Source: Euprymna scolopes
Taxonomy: Eukaryota
Assembly (NCBI GenBank): GCA_053919585.1
Contig: CM132808.1
Reading direction: 5' to 3' (one strand)
Length of the DNA stretch: 64,000 bases
The notes below the pieces were generated by a model. The model did no database searches. It saw nothing but the letters and a program-made list of their open reading frames with translations, and was not told the origin of the DNA. Below are positions 48,156 to 62,431 of the stretch, one piece after another (the first letter of the stretch is position 1; each line of letters begins with the position of its first letter). The translations under genes were made by a program, and so were the position numbers.

Positions 48156-51100
48156 TTTGTCTTTCATTTTTGTCTTTTATTTTTGTTTATTCATTTTTGT
48201 CTTTTGTTTTTGTCTTTTATTTTTGTCTTTCATTTTTGTCTTTCATTTTTGTCTTTTATTTTTGTCTTTCACTTTTGTCTTTTATTTTTGTTTATTCATT
48301 TTTGTCTTTTGTTTTTGTCTTTTATTTTTGTCTTTTATTTTTGTCTTTCATTTTTGTCTTTCATTTTTGTTTATTCATTTTTGTCTTTTGTTTTTGTCTT
48401 TTATTTTTGTCTTTTATTTTTGTCTTTCATTTTTGTCTTTTATTTTTGTCTTTTATTTTTGTCTTTTATTTTTGTCTTTCATTTTTGTCTTTCATTTTTG
48501 TCTTTTATTTTTGTCTTTCACTTTTGTCTTTTATTTTTGTTTATTCATTTTTGTCTTTTATTTTTGTCTTTTATTTTTGTCTTTTATTTTTGTCTTTCAT
48601 TTTTGTCTTTCATTTTTGTTTATTCATTTTTGTCTTTTGTTTTTGTCTTTTATTTTTGTCTTTTATTTTTGTCTTTCATTTTTGTCTTTCATTTTTTCTT
48701 TCATTTTTGTCTTTTGTTTTTGTTTATTCATTTTTGTCTTTTGTTTTTGTCTTTTATTTTTGTCTTTTATTTTTGTCTTTCATTTTTGTCTTTCATTTTT
48801 GTCTTTCATTTTTGTCTTTTATTTTTGTTTATTCATTTTTGTCTTTTGTTTTTGTCTTTTATTTTTGTCTTTTATTTTTATCTTTCATTTTTGTCTTTCA
48901 TTTTTGTCTTTCACTTTTGTCTTTTGTTTTTGTTTATTCATTTTTGTCTTTTGTTTTTGTCTTTTATTTTTGTCTTTTATTTTTGTCTTTCATTTTTGTC
49001 TTTCATTTTTGTTTATTCATTTTTGTCTTTTGTTTTTGTCTTTTATTTTTGTCTTTCATTTTTGTCTTTCATTTTTGTTTATTCATTTTTGTCTTTTGTT
49101 TTTGTCTTTTATTTTTGTCTTTTATTTTTGTCTTTCATTTTTGTCTTTTATTTTTGTCTTTTATTTTTGTCTTTTATTTTTGTCTTTCATTTTTGTCTTT
49201 CATTTTTGTCTTTTATTTTTGTCTTTCACTTTTGTCTTTTATTTTTGTTTATTCATTTTTGTCTTTTATTTTTGTCTTTTATTTTTGTCTTTTATTTTTG
49301 TCTTTCATTTTTGTCTTTCATTTTTGTTTATTCATTTTTGTCTTTTGTTTTTGTCTTTTATTTTTGTCTTTTATTTTTGTCTTTCATTTTTGTCTTTCAT
49401 TTTTTCTTTCATTTTTGTCTTTTGTTTTTGTTTATTCATTTTTGTCTTTTGTTTTTGTCTTTTATTTTTGTCTTTTATTTTTGTCTTTCATTTTTGTCTT
49501 TCATTTTTGTCTTTCATTTTTGTCTTTTATTTTTGTTTATTCATTTTTGTCTTTTGTTTTTGTCTTTTATTTTTGTCTTTTATTTTTGTCTTTCATTTTT
49601 GTCTTTCATTTTTGTCTTTCACTTTTGTCTTTTGTTTTTGTTTATTCATTTTTGTCTTTTGTTTTTGTCTTTTATTTTTGTCTTTTATTTTTGTCTTTCA
49701 TTTTTGTCTTTCATTTTTGTTTATTCATTTTTGTCTTTTGTTTTTGTCTTTTATTTTTGTCTTTTATTTTTGTCTTTCATTTTTGTCTTTTATTTTTGTC
49801 TTTTATTTTTGTCTTTTATTTTTGTCTTTCATTTTTGTCTTTCATTTTTGTCTTTTATTTTTGTCTTTCACTTTTGTCTTTTATTTTTGTTTATTCATTT
49901 TTGTCTTTTATTTTTGTCTTTTATTTTTGTCTTTTATTTTTGTCTTTCATTTTTGTCTTTCATTTTTGTTTATTCATTTTTGTCTTTTGTTTTTGTCTTT
50001 TATTTTTGTCTTTTATTTTTGTCTTTCATTTTTGTCTTTCATTTTTTCTTTCATTTTTGTCTTTTGTTTTTGTTTATTCATTTTTGTCTTTTGTTTTTGT
50101 CTTTTATTTTTGTCTTTTATTTTTGTCTTTCATTTTTGTCTTTCATTTTTGTCTTTTATTTTTGTTTATTCATTTTTATCTTTTGTTTTTGTCTTTTATT
50201 TTTGTCTTTTATTTTTGTCTTTCATTTTTGTCTTTCATTTTTTCTTTCATTTTTGTCTTTTGTTTTTGTCTTTTGTTTTTGTCTTTTATTTTTGTTTATT
50301 CATTTTTGTTTATTCATTTTTGTTTATTCATTTTTGTCTTTTATTTTTGTCTTTCATTTTTGTCTTTCATTTTTGTCTTTCATTTTTGTCTTTTATTTTT
50401 GTTTATTCATTTTTGTCTTTCATTTTTGTCTTTTATTTTTGTCTTTTATTTTTGTCTTTCATTTTTGTCTTTTATTTTTGTCTTTCATTTTTGTCTTTTA
50501 TTTTTGTCTTTCATTTTTGTCTTTCATTTTTGTCTTTCATTTTTGTCTTTTATTTTTGTTTATTCATTTTTGTCTTTCATTTTTGTCTTTTATTTTTGTC
50601 TTTTATTTTTGTCTTTCATTTTTGTCTTTTATTTTTGTCTTTCATTTTTGTCTTTCATTTTTGTCTTTCATTTTTGTCTTTCATTTTTGTCTTTTGTTTT
50701 TGTCTTTTGTTTTTGTCTTTCATTTTTGTCTTTTGTTTTTGTCTTTCATTTTTGTCTTTTGTTTTTGTCTTTCATTTTTGTCTTTTGTTTTTGTCTTTTA
50801 TTTTTGTCTTTTATTTTTGTCTTTCATTTTTGTCTTTCATTTTTGTCTTTCATTTTTTTCTTTTATTTTTGTTTATTCATTTTTGTCTTTTATTTTTGTC
50901 TTTTATTTTTGTCTTTTATTTTTGTCTTTCATTTTTGTCTTTCATTTTTGTCTTTTATTTTTGTCTTTCATTTTTGTTTATTCATTTTTGTTTATTCATT
51001 TTTGTTTATTCATTTTTGTTTATTCATTTTTGTCTTTTATTTTTGTCTTTCATTTTTGTCTTTCATTTTTGTCTTTCATTTTTGTCTTTCATTTTTGTCT

Positions 51101-54100
51101 TTTATTTTTGTTTATTCATTTTTGTCTTTTGTTTTTGTCTTTTATTTTTGTCTTTTATTTTTGTCTTTCATTTTTGTCTTTCATTTTTGTCTTTTATTTT
51201 TGTCTTTTATTTTTGTCTTTTATTTTTGTCTTTCATTTTTGTCTTTCATTTTTGTCTTTCATTTTTGTCTTTCATTTTTGTCTTTTATTTTTGTCTTTCA
51301 TTTTTGTCTTTTATTTTTGTCTTTCATTTTTGTCTTTCATTTTTGTCTTTCATTTTTGTCTTTTGTTTTTGTCTTCCATTTTTGTCTTTTTTTGTCTTTT
51401 TTTTGTCTTTTATTTTTGTCTTTCATTTTTGTCTTTCATTTTTGTCTTTTATTTTTGTCTTTTGTTTTTGTCTTTTATTTTTGTCTTTTTTTTGTCTTTT
51501 GTTTTTATTTTTGTCTTTTATTTTTGTCTTTCATTTTTGTCTTTCATTTTTGTCTTTTATTTTTGTCTTTTATTTTTGTTTATTCATTTTTGTCTTTTGT
51601 TTTTGTCGTTTATTTTTGTCTTTTATTTTTGTCTTTCATTTTTGTCTTTCATTTTTGTCTTTCATTTTTGTCTTTCATTTTTGTCTTTTATTTTTGTCTT
51701 TTATTTTTGTTTATTCATTTTTGTCTTTCATTTTTGTCTTTTATTTTTGTCTTTTATTTTTGTTTATTCATTTTTGTCTTTTGTTTTTGTCTTTTATTTT
51801 TGTCTTTTATTTTTGTCTTTCATTTTTGTCTTTCATTTTTGTCTTTCATTTTTGTCTTTCATTTTTGTCTTTTATTTTTGTTTATTCATTTTTGTCTTTT
51901 ATTTTTGTCTTTTATTTTTGTCTTTCATTTTTGTCTTTTATTTTTGTCTTTCATTTTTGTCTTTCACTTTTGTCTTTTATTTTTGTTTATTCATTTTTGT
52001 CTTTTATTTTTGTCTTTCATTTTTGTCTTTCATTTTTGTCTTTTATTTTTGTCTTTTGTTTTTGTCTTCCATTTTTGTCTTTTTTTTTGTCTTTTTTTGT
52101 CTTTTATTTTTGTCTTTCATTTTTGTCTTTCATTTTTGTCTTTTATTTTTGTCTTTTGTTTTTGTCTTTTATTTTTGTCTTTTTTTTGTCTTTTGTTTTT
52201 ATTTTTGTCTTTTATTTTTGTCTTTCATTTTTGTCTTTCATTTTTTCTTTCATTTTTGTCTTTTGTTTTTGTCTTTTGTTTTTGTCTTTTATTTTTGTTT
52301 ATTCATTTTTGTTTATTCATTTTTGTTTATTCATTTTTGTCTTTTATTTTTGTCTTTCATTTTTGTCTTTCATTTTTTTCTTTCATTTTTGTCTTTTATT
52401 TTTGTTTATTCATTTCTGTCTTTCATTTTTGTCTTTTATTTTTGTCTTTTATTTTTGTCTTTCATTTTTGTCTTTTATTTTTGTCTTTCATTTTTGTCTT
52501 TTATTTTTGTCTTTCATTTTTGTCTTTCATTTTTGTCTTTCATTTTTGTCTTTTATTTTTGTTTATTCATTTTTGTCTTTCATTTTTGTCTTTTATTTTT
52601 GTCTTTTATTTTTGTCTTTCATTTTTGTCTTTTATTTTTGTCTTTCATTTTTGTCTTTCATTTTTGTCTTTCATTTTTGTCTTTCATTTTTGTCTTTTGT
52701 TTTTGTCTTTTGTTTTTGTCTTTCATTTTTGTCTTTTGTTTTTGTCTTTCATTTTTGTCTTTTGTTTTTGTCTTTCATTTTTGTCTTTTGTTTTTGTCTT
52801 TTATTTTTGTCTTTTATTTTTGTCTTTCATTTTTGTCTTTCATTTTTGTCTTTCATTTTTTTCTTTTATTTTTGTTTATTCATTTTTGTCTTTTATTTTT
52901 GTCTTTTATTTTTGTCTTTTATTTTTGTCTTTCATTTTTGTCTTTCATTTTTGTCTTTTATTTTTGTCTTTCATTTTTGTTTATTCATTTTTGTTTATTC
53001 ATTTTTGTTTATTCATTTTTGTTTATTCATTTTTGTCTTTTGTTTTTGTCTTTTGTTTTTGTCTTTTATTTTTGTCTTTCATTTTTGTCTTTCATTTTTG
53101 TCTTTCATTTTTGTCTTTCATTTTTGTCTTTTATTTTTGTTTATTCATTTTTGTCTTTTGTTTTTGTCTTTTATTTTTGTCTTTTATTTTTGTCTTTCAT
53201 TTTTGTCTTTCATTTTTGTCTTTTATTTTTGTCTTTTATTTTTGTCTTTTATTTTTGTCTTTCATTTTTGTCTTTCATTTTTGTCTTTCATTTTTGTCTT
53301 TCATTTTTGTCTTTTATTTTTGTCTTTCATTTTTGTCTTTTATTTTTGTCTTTCATTTTTGTCTTTCATTTTTGTCTTTCATTTTTGTCTTTTGTTTTTG
53401 TCTTCCATTTTTGTCTTTTTTTTGTCTTTTTTTTGTCTTTTATTTTTGTCTTTCATTTTTGTCTTTCATTTTTGTCTTTTATTTTTGTCTTTTGTTTTTG
53501 TCTTTTATTTTTGTCTTTTTTTTGTCTTTTGTTTTTATTTTTGTCTTTTATTTTTGTCTTTCATTTTTGTCTTTCATTTTTGTCTTTTATTTTTGTCTTT
53601 TATTTTTGTTTATTCATTTTTGTCTTTTGTTTTTGTCGTTTATTTTTGTCTTTTATTTTTGTCTTTCATTTTTGTCTTTCATTTTTGTCTTTCATTTTTG
53701 TCTTTCATTTTTGTCTTTTATTTTTGTTTATTCATTTTTGTCTTTCATTTTTGTCTTTTATTTTTGTCTTTTATTTTTGTTTATTCATTTTTGTCTTTTG
53801 TTTTTGTCTTTTATTTTTGTCTTTTATTTTTGTCTTTCATTTTTGTCTTTCATTTTTGTCTTTCATTTTTGTCTTTCATTTTTGTCTTTTATTTTTGTTT
53901 ATTCATTTTTGTCTTTTATTTTTGTCTTTTATTTTTGTCTTTCATTTTTGTCTTTTATTTTTGTCTTTCATTTTTGTCTTTCATTTTTGTCTTTTATTTT
54001 TGTTTATTCATTTTTGTCTTTTATTTTTGTCTTTCATTTTTGTCTTTCATTTTAGTCTTTTATTTTTGTCTTTTGTTTTTGTCTTCCATTTTTGTCTTTT

Positions 54101-57100
54101 TTTTGTCTTTTTTTGTCTTTTATTTTTGTCTTTCATTTTTGTCTTTCATTTTTGTCTTTTATTTTTGTCTTTTGTCTTTTATTTTTGTCTTTTTTTTGTC
54201 TTTTGTTTTTATTTTTGTCTTTTATTTTTGTCTTTCATTTTTGTCTTTCATTTTTGTCTTTTGTTTTTGTCTTTTATTTTTGTCTTTTATTTTTGTCTTT
54301 TATTTTTGTATTTTATTTTTGTCTTTCATTTTTGTCTTTTGTTTTTGTCTTTTATTTTTGTCTTTTATTTTTGTTTATTCATTTTTGTCTTTTGTTTTTG
54401 TCTTTTATTTTTGTCTTTTATTTTTGTCTTTCATTTTTGTCTTTAATTTTTGTCTTTAATTTTTGTCTTTTATTTTTGTTTATTCATTTTTGTCTTTTGT
54501 TTTTGTCTTTTATTGTTGTCTTTTATTTATTTTTGTCTTTCATTTTTGTCTTTCATTTTTGTCTTTCATTTTTGTCTTTTATTTTTGTCTTTTGTTTTTG
54601 TCTTCCATTTTTGTCTTTTTTTTGTCTTTTTTTTGTCTTTTATTTTTGTCTTTCATTTTTGTCTTTTATTTTTGTCTTTTATTTTTGTCTTTTATTTTTG
54701 TCTTTTATTTTTGTCTTTTATTTTTGTCTTTCATTTTTGTCTTTCATTTTTGTCTTTTTTTTGTCTTTTATTTTTGTCTTTTATTTTTGTCTTTTATTTT
54801 TGTCTTTTATTTTTGTCTTTTATTTTTGTCTTTTATTTTTGTCTTTTATTTTTGTCTTTTATTTTTGTCTTTTATTTTTGTCTTTCATTTTTGTCTTTTG
54901 TTTTTGTCTTTTATTTTTGTCTTTTATTTTTGTCTTTCATGTTTGTCTTTCATTTTTGTCTTTAATTTTTGTCTTTTATTTTTGTTTATTCATTTTTGTC
55001 TTTTGTTTTTGTCTTTTATTTTTGTCTTTTATTTTTGTCTTTCATTTTTGTCTTTCATTTTTGTCTTTAATTTTTGTCTTTTATTTTTGTTTATTCATTT
55101 TTGTCTTTTGTTTTTGTCTTTTATTTTTGTCTTTTATTTTTGTCTTTCATTTTTGTCTTTCATTTTTGTCTTTCATTTTTGTCTTTTATTTTTGTCTTTC
55201 ATTTTTGTTTATTCATTTTTTTTTATTCATTTTTGTTTATTCATTTTTGTCTTTTGTTTTTGTCTTTTGTTTTTGTCTTTTATTTTTGTCTTTCATTTTT
55301 GTCTTTCATTTTTGTCTTTTATTTTTGTTTATTCATTTTTGTCTTTTGTTTTTGTCTTTTATTTTTGTCTTTTATTTTTGTCTTTCATTTTTGTTTATTC
55401 ATTTTTGTCTTTTGTTTTTGTCTTTCATTTTTGTCTTTTATTTTTGTCTTTCATTTTTGTCTTTTATTTTTGTCTTTTTTTTGTCTTTTGTTTTTGTCTT
55501 TTATTTTTGTCTTTTATTTTTGTCTTTCATTTTTGTCTTTCATTTTTGTCTTTTGTTTTTGTCTTTTATTTTTGTCTTTTATTTTTGTATTTTATTTTTG
55601 TCTTTCATTTTTGTCTTTTGTTTTTGTCTTTTATTTTTGTCTTTTATTTTTGTTTATTCATTTTTGTCTTTTGTTTTTGTCTTTTATTTTTGTCTTTTAT
55701 TTTTGTCTTTCATTTTTGTCTTTCATTTTTGTCTTTCATTTTTGTCTTTTATTTTTGTTTATTCATTTTTGTCTTTTGTTTTTGTCTTTTATTTTTGTCT
55801 TTTATTTTTGTCTTTCATTTTTGTCTTTCATTTTTGTCTTTTATTTTTGTTTATTCATTTTTGTCTTTTATTTTTGTCTTTTATTTTTGTCTTTCATTTT
55901 TGTCTTTTATTTTTGTCTTTTGTTTTTGTCTTCCATTTTTGTCTTTTTTTTGTCTTTTTTTTGTCTTTCATTTTTGTCTTTCATTTTTGTCTTTCATTTT
56001 TGTCTTTTATTTTTGTCTTTCATTTTTGTCTTTTATTTTTGTCTTTTTTTTTGTCTTTTGTTTTTGTCTTTTATTTTTGTCTTTTATTTTTGTCTTTCAT
56101 TTTTGTCTTTCATTTTTGTCTTTTGTTTTTGTCTTTTATTTTTGTCTTTTATTTTTGTCTTTTATTTTTGTTTATTCATTTTTGTCTTTTGTTTTTGTCT
56201 TTTATTTTTGTCTTTTATTTTTGTCTTTCATTTTTGTCTTTCATTTTTGTCTTTCATTTTTGTCTTTCATTTTTGTCTTTTATTTTTGTTTATTCATTTT
56301 TGTCTTTTATTTTTGTCTTTTATTTTTGTCTTTCATTTTTGTCTTTTATTTTTGTCTTTCATTTTTGTCTTTCATTTTTGTCTTTTATTTTTGTTTATTC
56401 ATTTTTGTCTTTTATTTTTGTCTTTCATTTTTGTCTTTCATTTTTGTCTTTTATTTTTGTCTTTTGTTTTTGTCTTCCATTTTTGTCTTTTTTTTGTCTT
56501 TTTTTGTCTTTTATTTTTGTCTTTCATTTTTGTCTTTCATTTTTGTCTTTTATTTTTGTCTTTTGTTTTTGTCTTTTATTTTTGTCTTTTTTTTGTCTTT
56601 TGTTTTTATTTTTGTCTTTTATTTTTGTCTTTCATTTTTGTCTTTTGTTTTTGTCTTTTATTTTTGTCTTTTATTTTTGTCTTTTATTTTTGTATTTTAT
56701 TTTTGTCTTTCATTTTTGTCTTTTGTTTTTGTCTTTTATTTTTGTCTTTTATTTTTGTTTATTCATTTTTGTCTTTTGTTTTTGTCTTTTATTTTTGTCT
56801 TTTATTTTTGTCTTTCATTTTTGTCTTTAATTTTTGTCTTTAATTTTTGTCTTTTATTTTTGTTTATTCATTTTTGTCTTTTGTTTTTGTCTTTTATTGT
56901 TGTCTTTTATTTTGGTCTTTCATTTTTGTCTTTCATTTTTGTCTTTCATTTTTGTCTTTTATTTTTGTCTTTTGTTTTTGTCTTCCATTTTTGTCTTTTT
57001 TTTGTCTTTTTTTTGTCTTTTATTTTTGTCTTTCATTTTTGTCTTTTATTTTTGTCTTTTATTTTTGTCTTTTATTTTTGTCTTTTATTTTTGTCTTTTA

Positions 57101-59258
57101 TTTTTGTCTTTCATTTTTGTCTTTCATTTTTGTCTTTTTTTTTGTCTTTTATTTTTGTCTTTTATTTTTGTCTTTTATTTTTGTCTTTTATTTTTGTCTT
57201 TTATTTTTGTCTTTTATTTTTGTCTTTTATTTTTGTCTTTTATTTTTGTCTTTTATTTTTGTCTTTCATTTTTGTCTTTTGTTTTTGTCTTTTATTTTTG
57301 TCTTTTATTTTTGTCTTTCATGTTTGTCTTTCATTTTTGTCTTTAATTTTTGTCTTTTATTTTTGTTTATTCATTTTTGTCTTTTGTTTTTGTCTTTTAT
57401 TTTTGTCTTTTATTTTTGTCTTTCATTTTTGTCTTTCATTTTTGTCTTTAATTTTTGTCTTTTATTTTTGTTTATTCATTTTTGTCTTTTGTTTTTGTCT
57501 TTTATTTTTGTCTTTTATTTTTGTCTTTCATTTTTGTCTTTCATTTTTGTCTTTCATTTTTGTCTTTTATTTTTGTCTTTCATTTTTGTTTATTCATTTT
57601 TTTTTATTCATTTTTGTTTATTCATTTTTGTCTTTTGTTTTTGTCTTTTGTTTTTGTCTTTTATTTTTGTCTTTCATTTTTGTCTTTCATTTTTGTCTTT
57701 TATTTTTGTTTATTCATTTTTGTCTTTTGTTTTTGTCTTTTATTTTTGTCTTTTATTTTTGTCTTTCATTTTTGTTTATTCATTTTTGTCTTTTGTTTTT
57801 GTCTTTCATTTTTGTCTTTTATTTTTGTCTTTCATTTTTGTCTTTTATTTTTGTCTTTTTTTTGTCTTTTGTTTTTGTCTTTTATTTTTGTCTTTTATTT
57901 TTGTCTTTCATTTTTGTCTTTCATTTTTGTCTTTTGTTTTTGTCTTTTATTTTTGTCTTTTATTTTTGTATTTTATTTTTGTCTTTCATTTTTGTCTTTT
58001 GTTTTTGTCTTTTATTTTTGTCTTTTATTTTTGTTTATTCATTTTTGTCTTTTGTTTTTGTCTTTTATTTTTGTCTTTTATTTTTGTCTTTCATTTTTGT
58101 CTTTCATTTTTGTCTTTCATTTTTGTCTTTTATTTTTGTTTATTCATTTTTGTCTTTTGTTTTTGTCTTTTATTTTTGTCTTTTATTTTTGTCTTTCATT
58201 TTTGTCTTTCATTTTTGTCTTTTATTTTTGTTTATTCATTTTTGTCTTTTATTTTTGTCTTTTATTTTTGTCTTTCATTTTTGTCTTTTATTTTTGTCTT
58301 TTGTTTTTGTCTTCCATTTTTGTCTTTTTTTTGTCTTTTTTTTGTCTTTCATTTTTGTCTTTCATTTTTGTCTTTCATTTTTGTCTTTTATTTTTGTCTT
58401 TCATTTTTGTCTTTTATTTTTGTCTTTTTTTTGTCTTTTGTTTTTGTCTTTTATTTTTGTCTTTTATTTTTGTCTTTCATTTTTGTCTTTCATTTTTGTC
58501 TTTTGTTTTTGTCTTTTATTTTTGTCTTTTATTTTTGTCTTTTATTTTTGTCTTTTATTTTTGTCTTTCATTTTTGTCTTTTGTTTTTGTCTTTTATTTT
58601 TGTCTTTTATTTTTGTTTATTCATTTTTGTCTTTTGTTTTTGTCTTTTATTTTTGTCTTTTATTTTTGTCTTTCATTTTTGTCTTTCATTTTTGTCTTTA
58701 ATTTTTTTCTTTTATTTTTGTTTATTCATTTTTGTCTTTTGTTTTTGTCTTTTATTTTTGTCTTTTATTTTTGTCTTTCATTTTTGTCTTTCATTTTTGT
58801 CTTTAATTTTTGTCTTTTATTTTTGTCTTTCATTTTTGTTTATTCATTTTTGTTTATTCATTTTTGTTTATTCATTTTTGTTTATTCATTTTTGTTTATT
58901 CATTTTTGTCTTTTGTTTTTGTCTTTTGTTTTTGTCTTTTATTTTTGTCTTTCATTTTTGTCTTTCATTTTTGTCTTTTATTTTTGTTTATTCATTTTTG
59001 TCTTTTGTTTTTGTCTTTCATTTTTGTCTTTTGTTTTTGTCTTTTATTTTTGTTTATTCATTTTTGTCTTTTGTTTTTGTCTTTCATTTTTGTCTTTTGT
59101 TTTTGTCTTTCATTTTTTTCTTTTATTTTTGTCTTTCATTTTTGTCTTTCATTTTTGTCTTTCATTTTTGTCTTTTGTTTTTGTCTTTTATTTTTGTCTT
59201 TCGTTTTTGTCTTTCATTTTTGTCTTTCATTTTTGTCTTTCATTTTTGTTTATTCATT
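48156..59258. repeat. 11.1-kb 13-mer satellite TTTTTGTCTTT(CA/TA/TG) with 14-mer variant TTTTTGTTTATTCA and higher-order structure
   Basis: Roughly 850 tandem units; rare variants recur at fixed long periods. Confidence 0.98.
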
Positions 59259-59361
59259 GTAAAGTGTCTCATATCATTATTTTGATCTTATCTGGTAACT
59301 GTGTGAAAAAAAACCTACAAAGAGGAAAAACAAACATGGTTGAATATCTATATGGAAACTA

Positions 59362-59362
<1 letters not shown>

Positions 59363-59433
<71 letters not shown>

Positions 59434-59438
59434 ACACA
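59363..59438. repeat. (CA)n microsatellite; many (TA)n, (TG)n, (GA)n and (ATT)n tracts also occur elsewhere in the window
   Basis: Direct inspection. Confidence 0.95.
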
Positions 59439-60439
59439 TATTCAAACACGGTACTCTTTGAATATATGGTTAAGTGTCAGTTTTAGTCATTTAAAACTGC
59501 TTTAAAGCTTCACCGCCCACTCATTTTCGACCAAATTTCAAACAATTTTTACAGCTTTTACACCTCAACTATATTATGAAAAAAAAAAATTCAATTTTCG
59601 TTCAGTAAAGCAAACGTTATGATGAATTTACCGGTGTTCAAAATCGTAAAAAAAAACGTAAGAAGGTGAGCGACGTTTTTTGATTGGTTTCCATAGCAAC
59701 CACATAGCTTCAGTGACTACTGTTGCTACCAATTCACCGCTTTTGCGAAAAGAGAAGTAATAAGTGAAACAGAGAGATTGAAGGAATGAAAGGAAGATAA
59801 TTGGGAGAATTTTATTGAAAGCATACGAGTGCCGTACATTGTTATTACATATGTGTATATTATATGTTTATGTGGGCAAAAAAAAAATGACTGAAATTAA
59901 ACAAAGAACAAGTGAATTTGCATGGAAAAATCATGGATTCTAATAGAAAAATGTGAGCATTAAAAGTAATATGGGTAAGCTTAAACATGGAAAAGTAAAG
60001 AACTAGTTGTTAAACCTGGAAAAGAAAAAGACAAGATATTCTAGTAAAAACTATAATAAATTTATAACTTAAAACTAGCTGTATCCTGCCACGCATTGCT
60101 GTGGCTCAATTTGATGTAATGGAAAATTCTAATAAAAAGAGAAAATGCATGTTTCTTATATTCTTAGTACAGCAATCCACTCCAAAAAGTAAAAAAAGGC
60201 GAAAATGAAAAAAAGTGGTACTCTTACAGAATTGGATCCGGATCCTTTGGAATTACCGTCAATCATGGTTTGGGCTCGACCAACATTCAGTGGATTAAGC
60301 CGAACGTTGCTAAAATGTTGAAACGCTAAATAGAGTTTTTTTTTATTGTATTAAAAAATATGAGTTTTTAATTAATATTTGGGTGAGAGTGGGGTGGGGG
60401 TGTTTTACTATGCACAGATACGAAAAAGTTGTTCAAAAA

Positions 60440-61348
60440 CAAATAAATGAAAGCAAAGGTAAGGTAAATTATGTTTTTACCTAACTGGGTAATTTTTTAG
60501 TGTTTTTATTTAATGTAAAATGTTTATTCGGCTCGAAAAACTCAGTGTTTATCGATGTATTTGAAAAAGACGAATGGTTGCGGACTCTGTTGAATACGTT
60601 AAGTTTGGGAAAATCAGTTAAAAACTAAAAACTATACAAAACAGTGTCAGATACCCACTGATTATATGTTATCGGGACATAGGCTGACATATTCGGTGGG
60701 TTTCTGACAGTATTTTGTGTAGTTTTTTAGTTTTAAATCATTTTCCCAAACTTAACATCAACAGTGTCCGCCACCATTTGTATTTTTCAAATACACTGAT
60801 AAACACTGTTTTTTGAGGCGACTAAACGTTACAGTAAATAAAACGGGTTTGTATTACTAAACACAAACGAAACAGTTGTTGAAAAATAAATATCAAAATA
60901 AATGTTATCAAAGGCAAGATAAGTTACTTTTCTACCTAACTGGATAAGATTTTAGTGTTTTTATTTAGTGTAAAATGTTTAATCCGTTCAAAAACATGTA
61001 GTGTTTATCAGTCTATTTGAAAAATACAAATGGCGGCAGACTGTGTTGAACATGTTAAGTTTGGGAAAATGAGTTAAAACTAAAAAACTATACAAAATAC
61101 TGTCAGGAACTCACTCAATATATGTTACCGTGATATAGGTAGACATGTATTCGGTGGTTTTTAACAGTATTTTGTATAGTTTTTTAGTTTTAACTCATTT
61201 TCCCAAACTTTATTTTTTGACAACTTTGTACAGTAGTACAAACCCAATAAAAGCACTAAAAAGCACTAAAAATTATCCAATTAGGTAGAAAAGTAACTTA
61301 TCTTGCGTTTGAAAATATTTACTTGCTATATATTTGTTTTTGTTGACA
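60440..61348. mobile_element. Two tandem related fold-back elements
   Basis: Each has GTTAAGTTTGGGAAAAT.AGTTAAAA(A)CTAAAAA and its reverse complement. Confidence 0.8.
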
Positions 61349-61474
61349 AATTTTCAAGTCTTTGTGCAAGTACAAACCCAAAGGGAATATTTTTCTGTCT
61401 AATTTTATTTTTGGTACTGCGCTTAACTTTAAATTTCACAATATCTTTTTGTGCTGGGTATGTTTTTTATATTA

Positions 61475-61799
61475 GGTCCACCGCCACAATTTTCGACTAT
61501 GCTGAATAAGAAAATCTCATTTAAAATTTGCAGAGGCAAGTAGTTTTCGAGATATAAAGACTTGTACTATGCACTACAATTCACTGGCGGTCATGAATAA
61601 ACACTCCCAACCTCCTTATATTAAGAACGGCTTTCGGAATAAACAACACCCATGCCTAATCATGTGTTTTAACCTTTTACCTGTTTTTCACTGTTAAAAA
61701 CGGCTTTTGGAATAAATACCACCATTCTCCCCATGTTAAGAATGGATTTCAGAATAAACACCCTCAACCTACCCATGTTAAAAATTGTGGAGGTGGACC
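61475..61799. mobile_element. TA-flanked MITE
   Basis: TA-GGTCCACCGCCACAATTTT ... AAAATTGTGGAGGTGGACC-TA. Confidence 0.75.
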
Positions 61800-62431
61800 T
61801 AATCTGAAAATTTACCTTTTGTTTTTTTAATAAATTGTTAGTTAAAAGCACAGAACAGTGACAAAACACCACCCCCTCCCCTTGGTAAGAATGGCTGAAA
61901 AAATAACGGTTTTCTTGGTAGAAACTTTTCTGTATTTCACCTAACAATTTCTGGTGCTAATTGTTAGGTTAAAGTACAGAATAGGTGCAAAACACCCTCC
62001 CCTCCCCATGTTAAGAATGGCTTTTTAAATAATAACGTTATCATTTCAGCACGGATCACTTTCTGCATGAGTACCTAATATTTTTATTTTAATTTTTTTC
62101 AGCCATTCTTACCATAGAGAGGAGATGGTGTTTTGTAACTATTCTGTGCTTTCAACTAACGATTTATTATTATAAAAAGATATCGTGAAATTATAAAAAA
62201 AATCAAAAGATATTGTGAAAGTTGAATTTAACTTGAAAAAAAAGCAAACAAAAACAACAACAACGTGAACGGCAAGTTCAACATTTTAGCAGGAGCTTAT
62301 TTGGCAATAAGGTCACGTTAGTCGATTAATGGGTGCTAATGCGCTTACTGATCTGCGCTATTTTTTAAATCGTATTTACAAGTTTAATTTGGGTATTATT
62401 TTAGATTAGGTCCACCTCCATAATTTTCTTT

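Noticed and set aside
48107-59461. Giant 600-2100 aa F/L/C/S/V-rich ORFs in all three + frames
   Set aside because: They are translations of a nearly stop-free 13-mer satellite, open in all frames and located within an intron.
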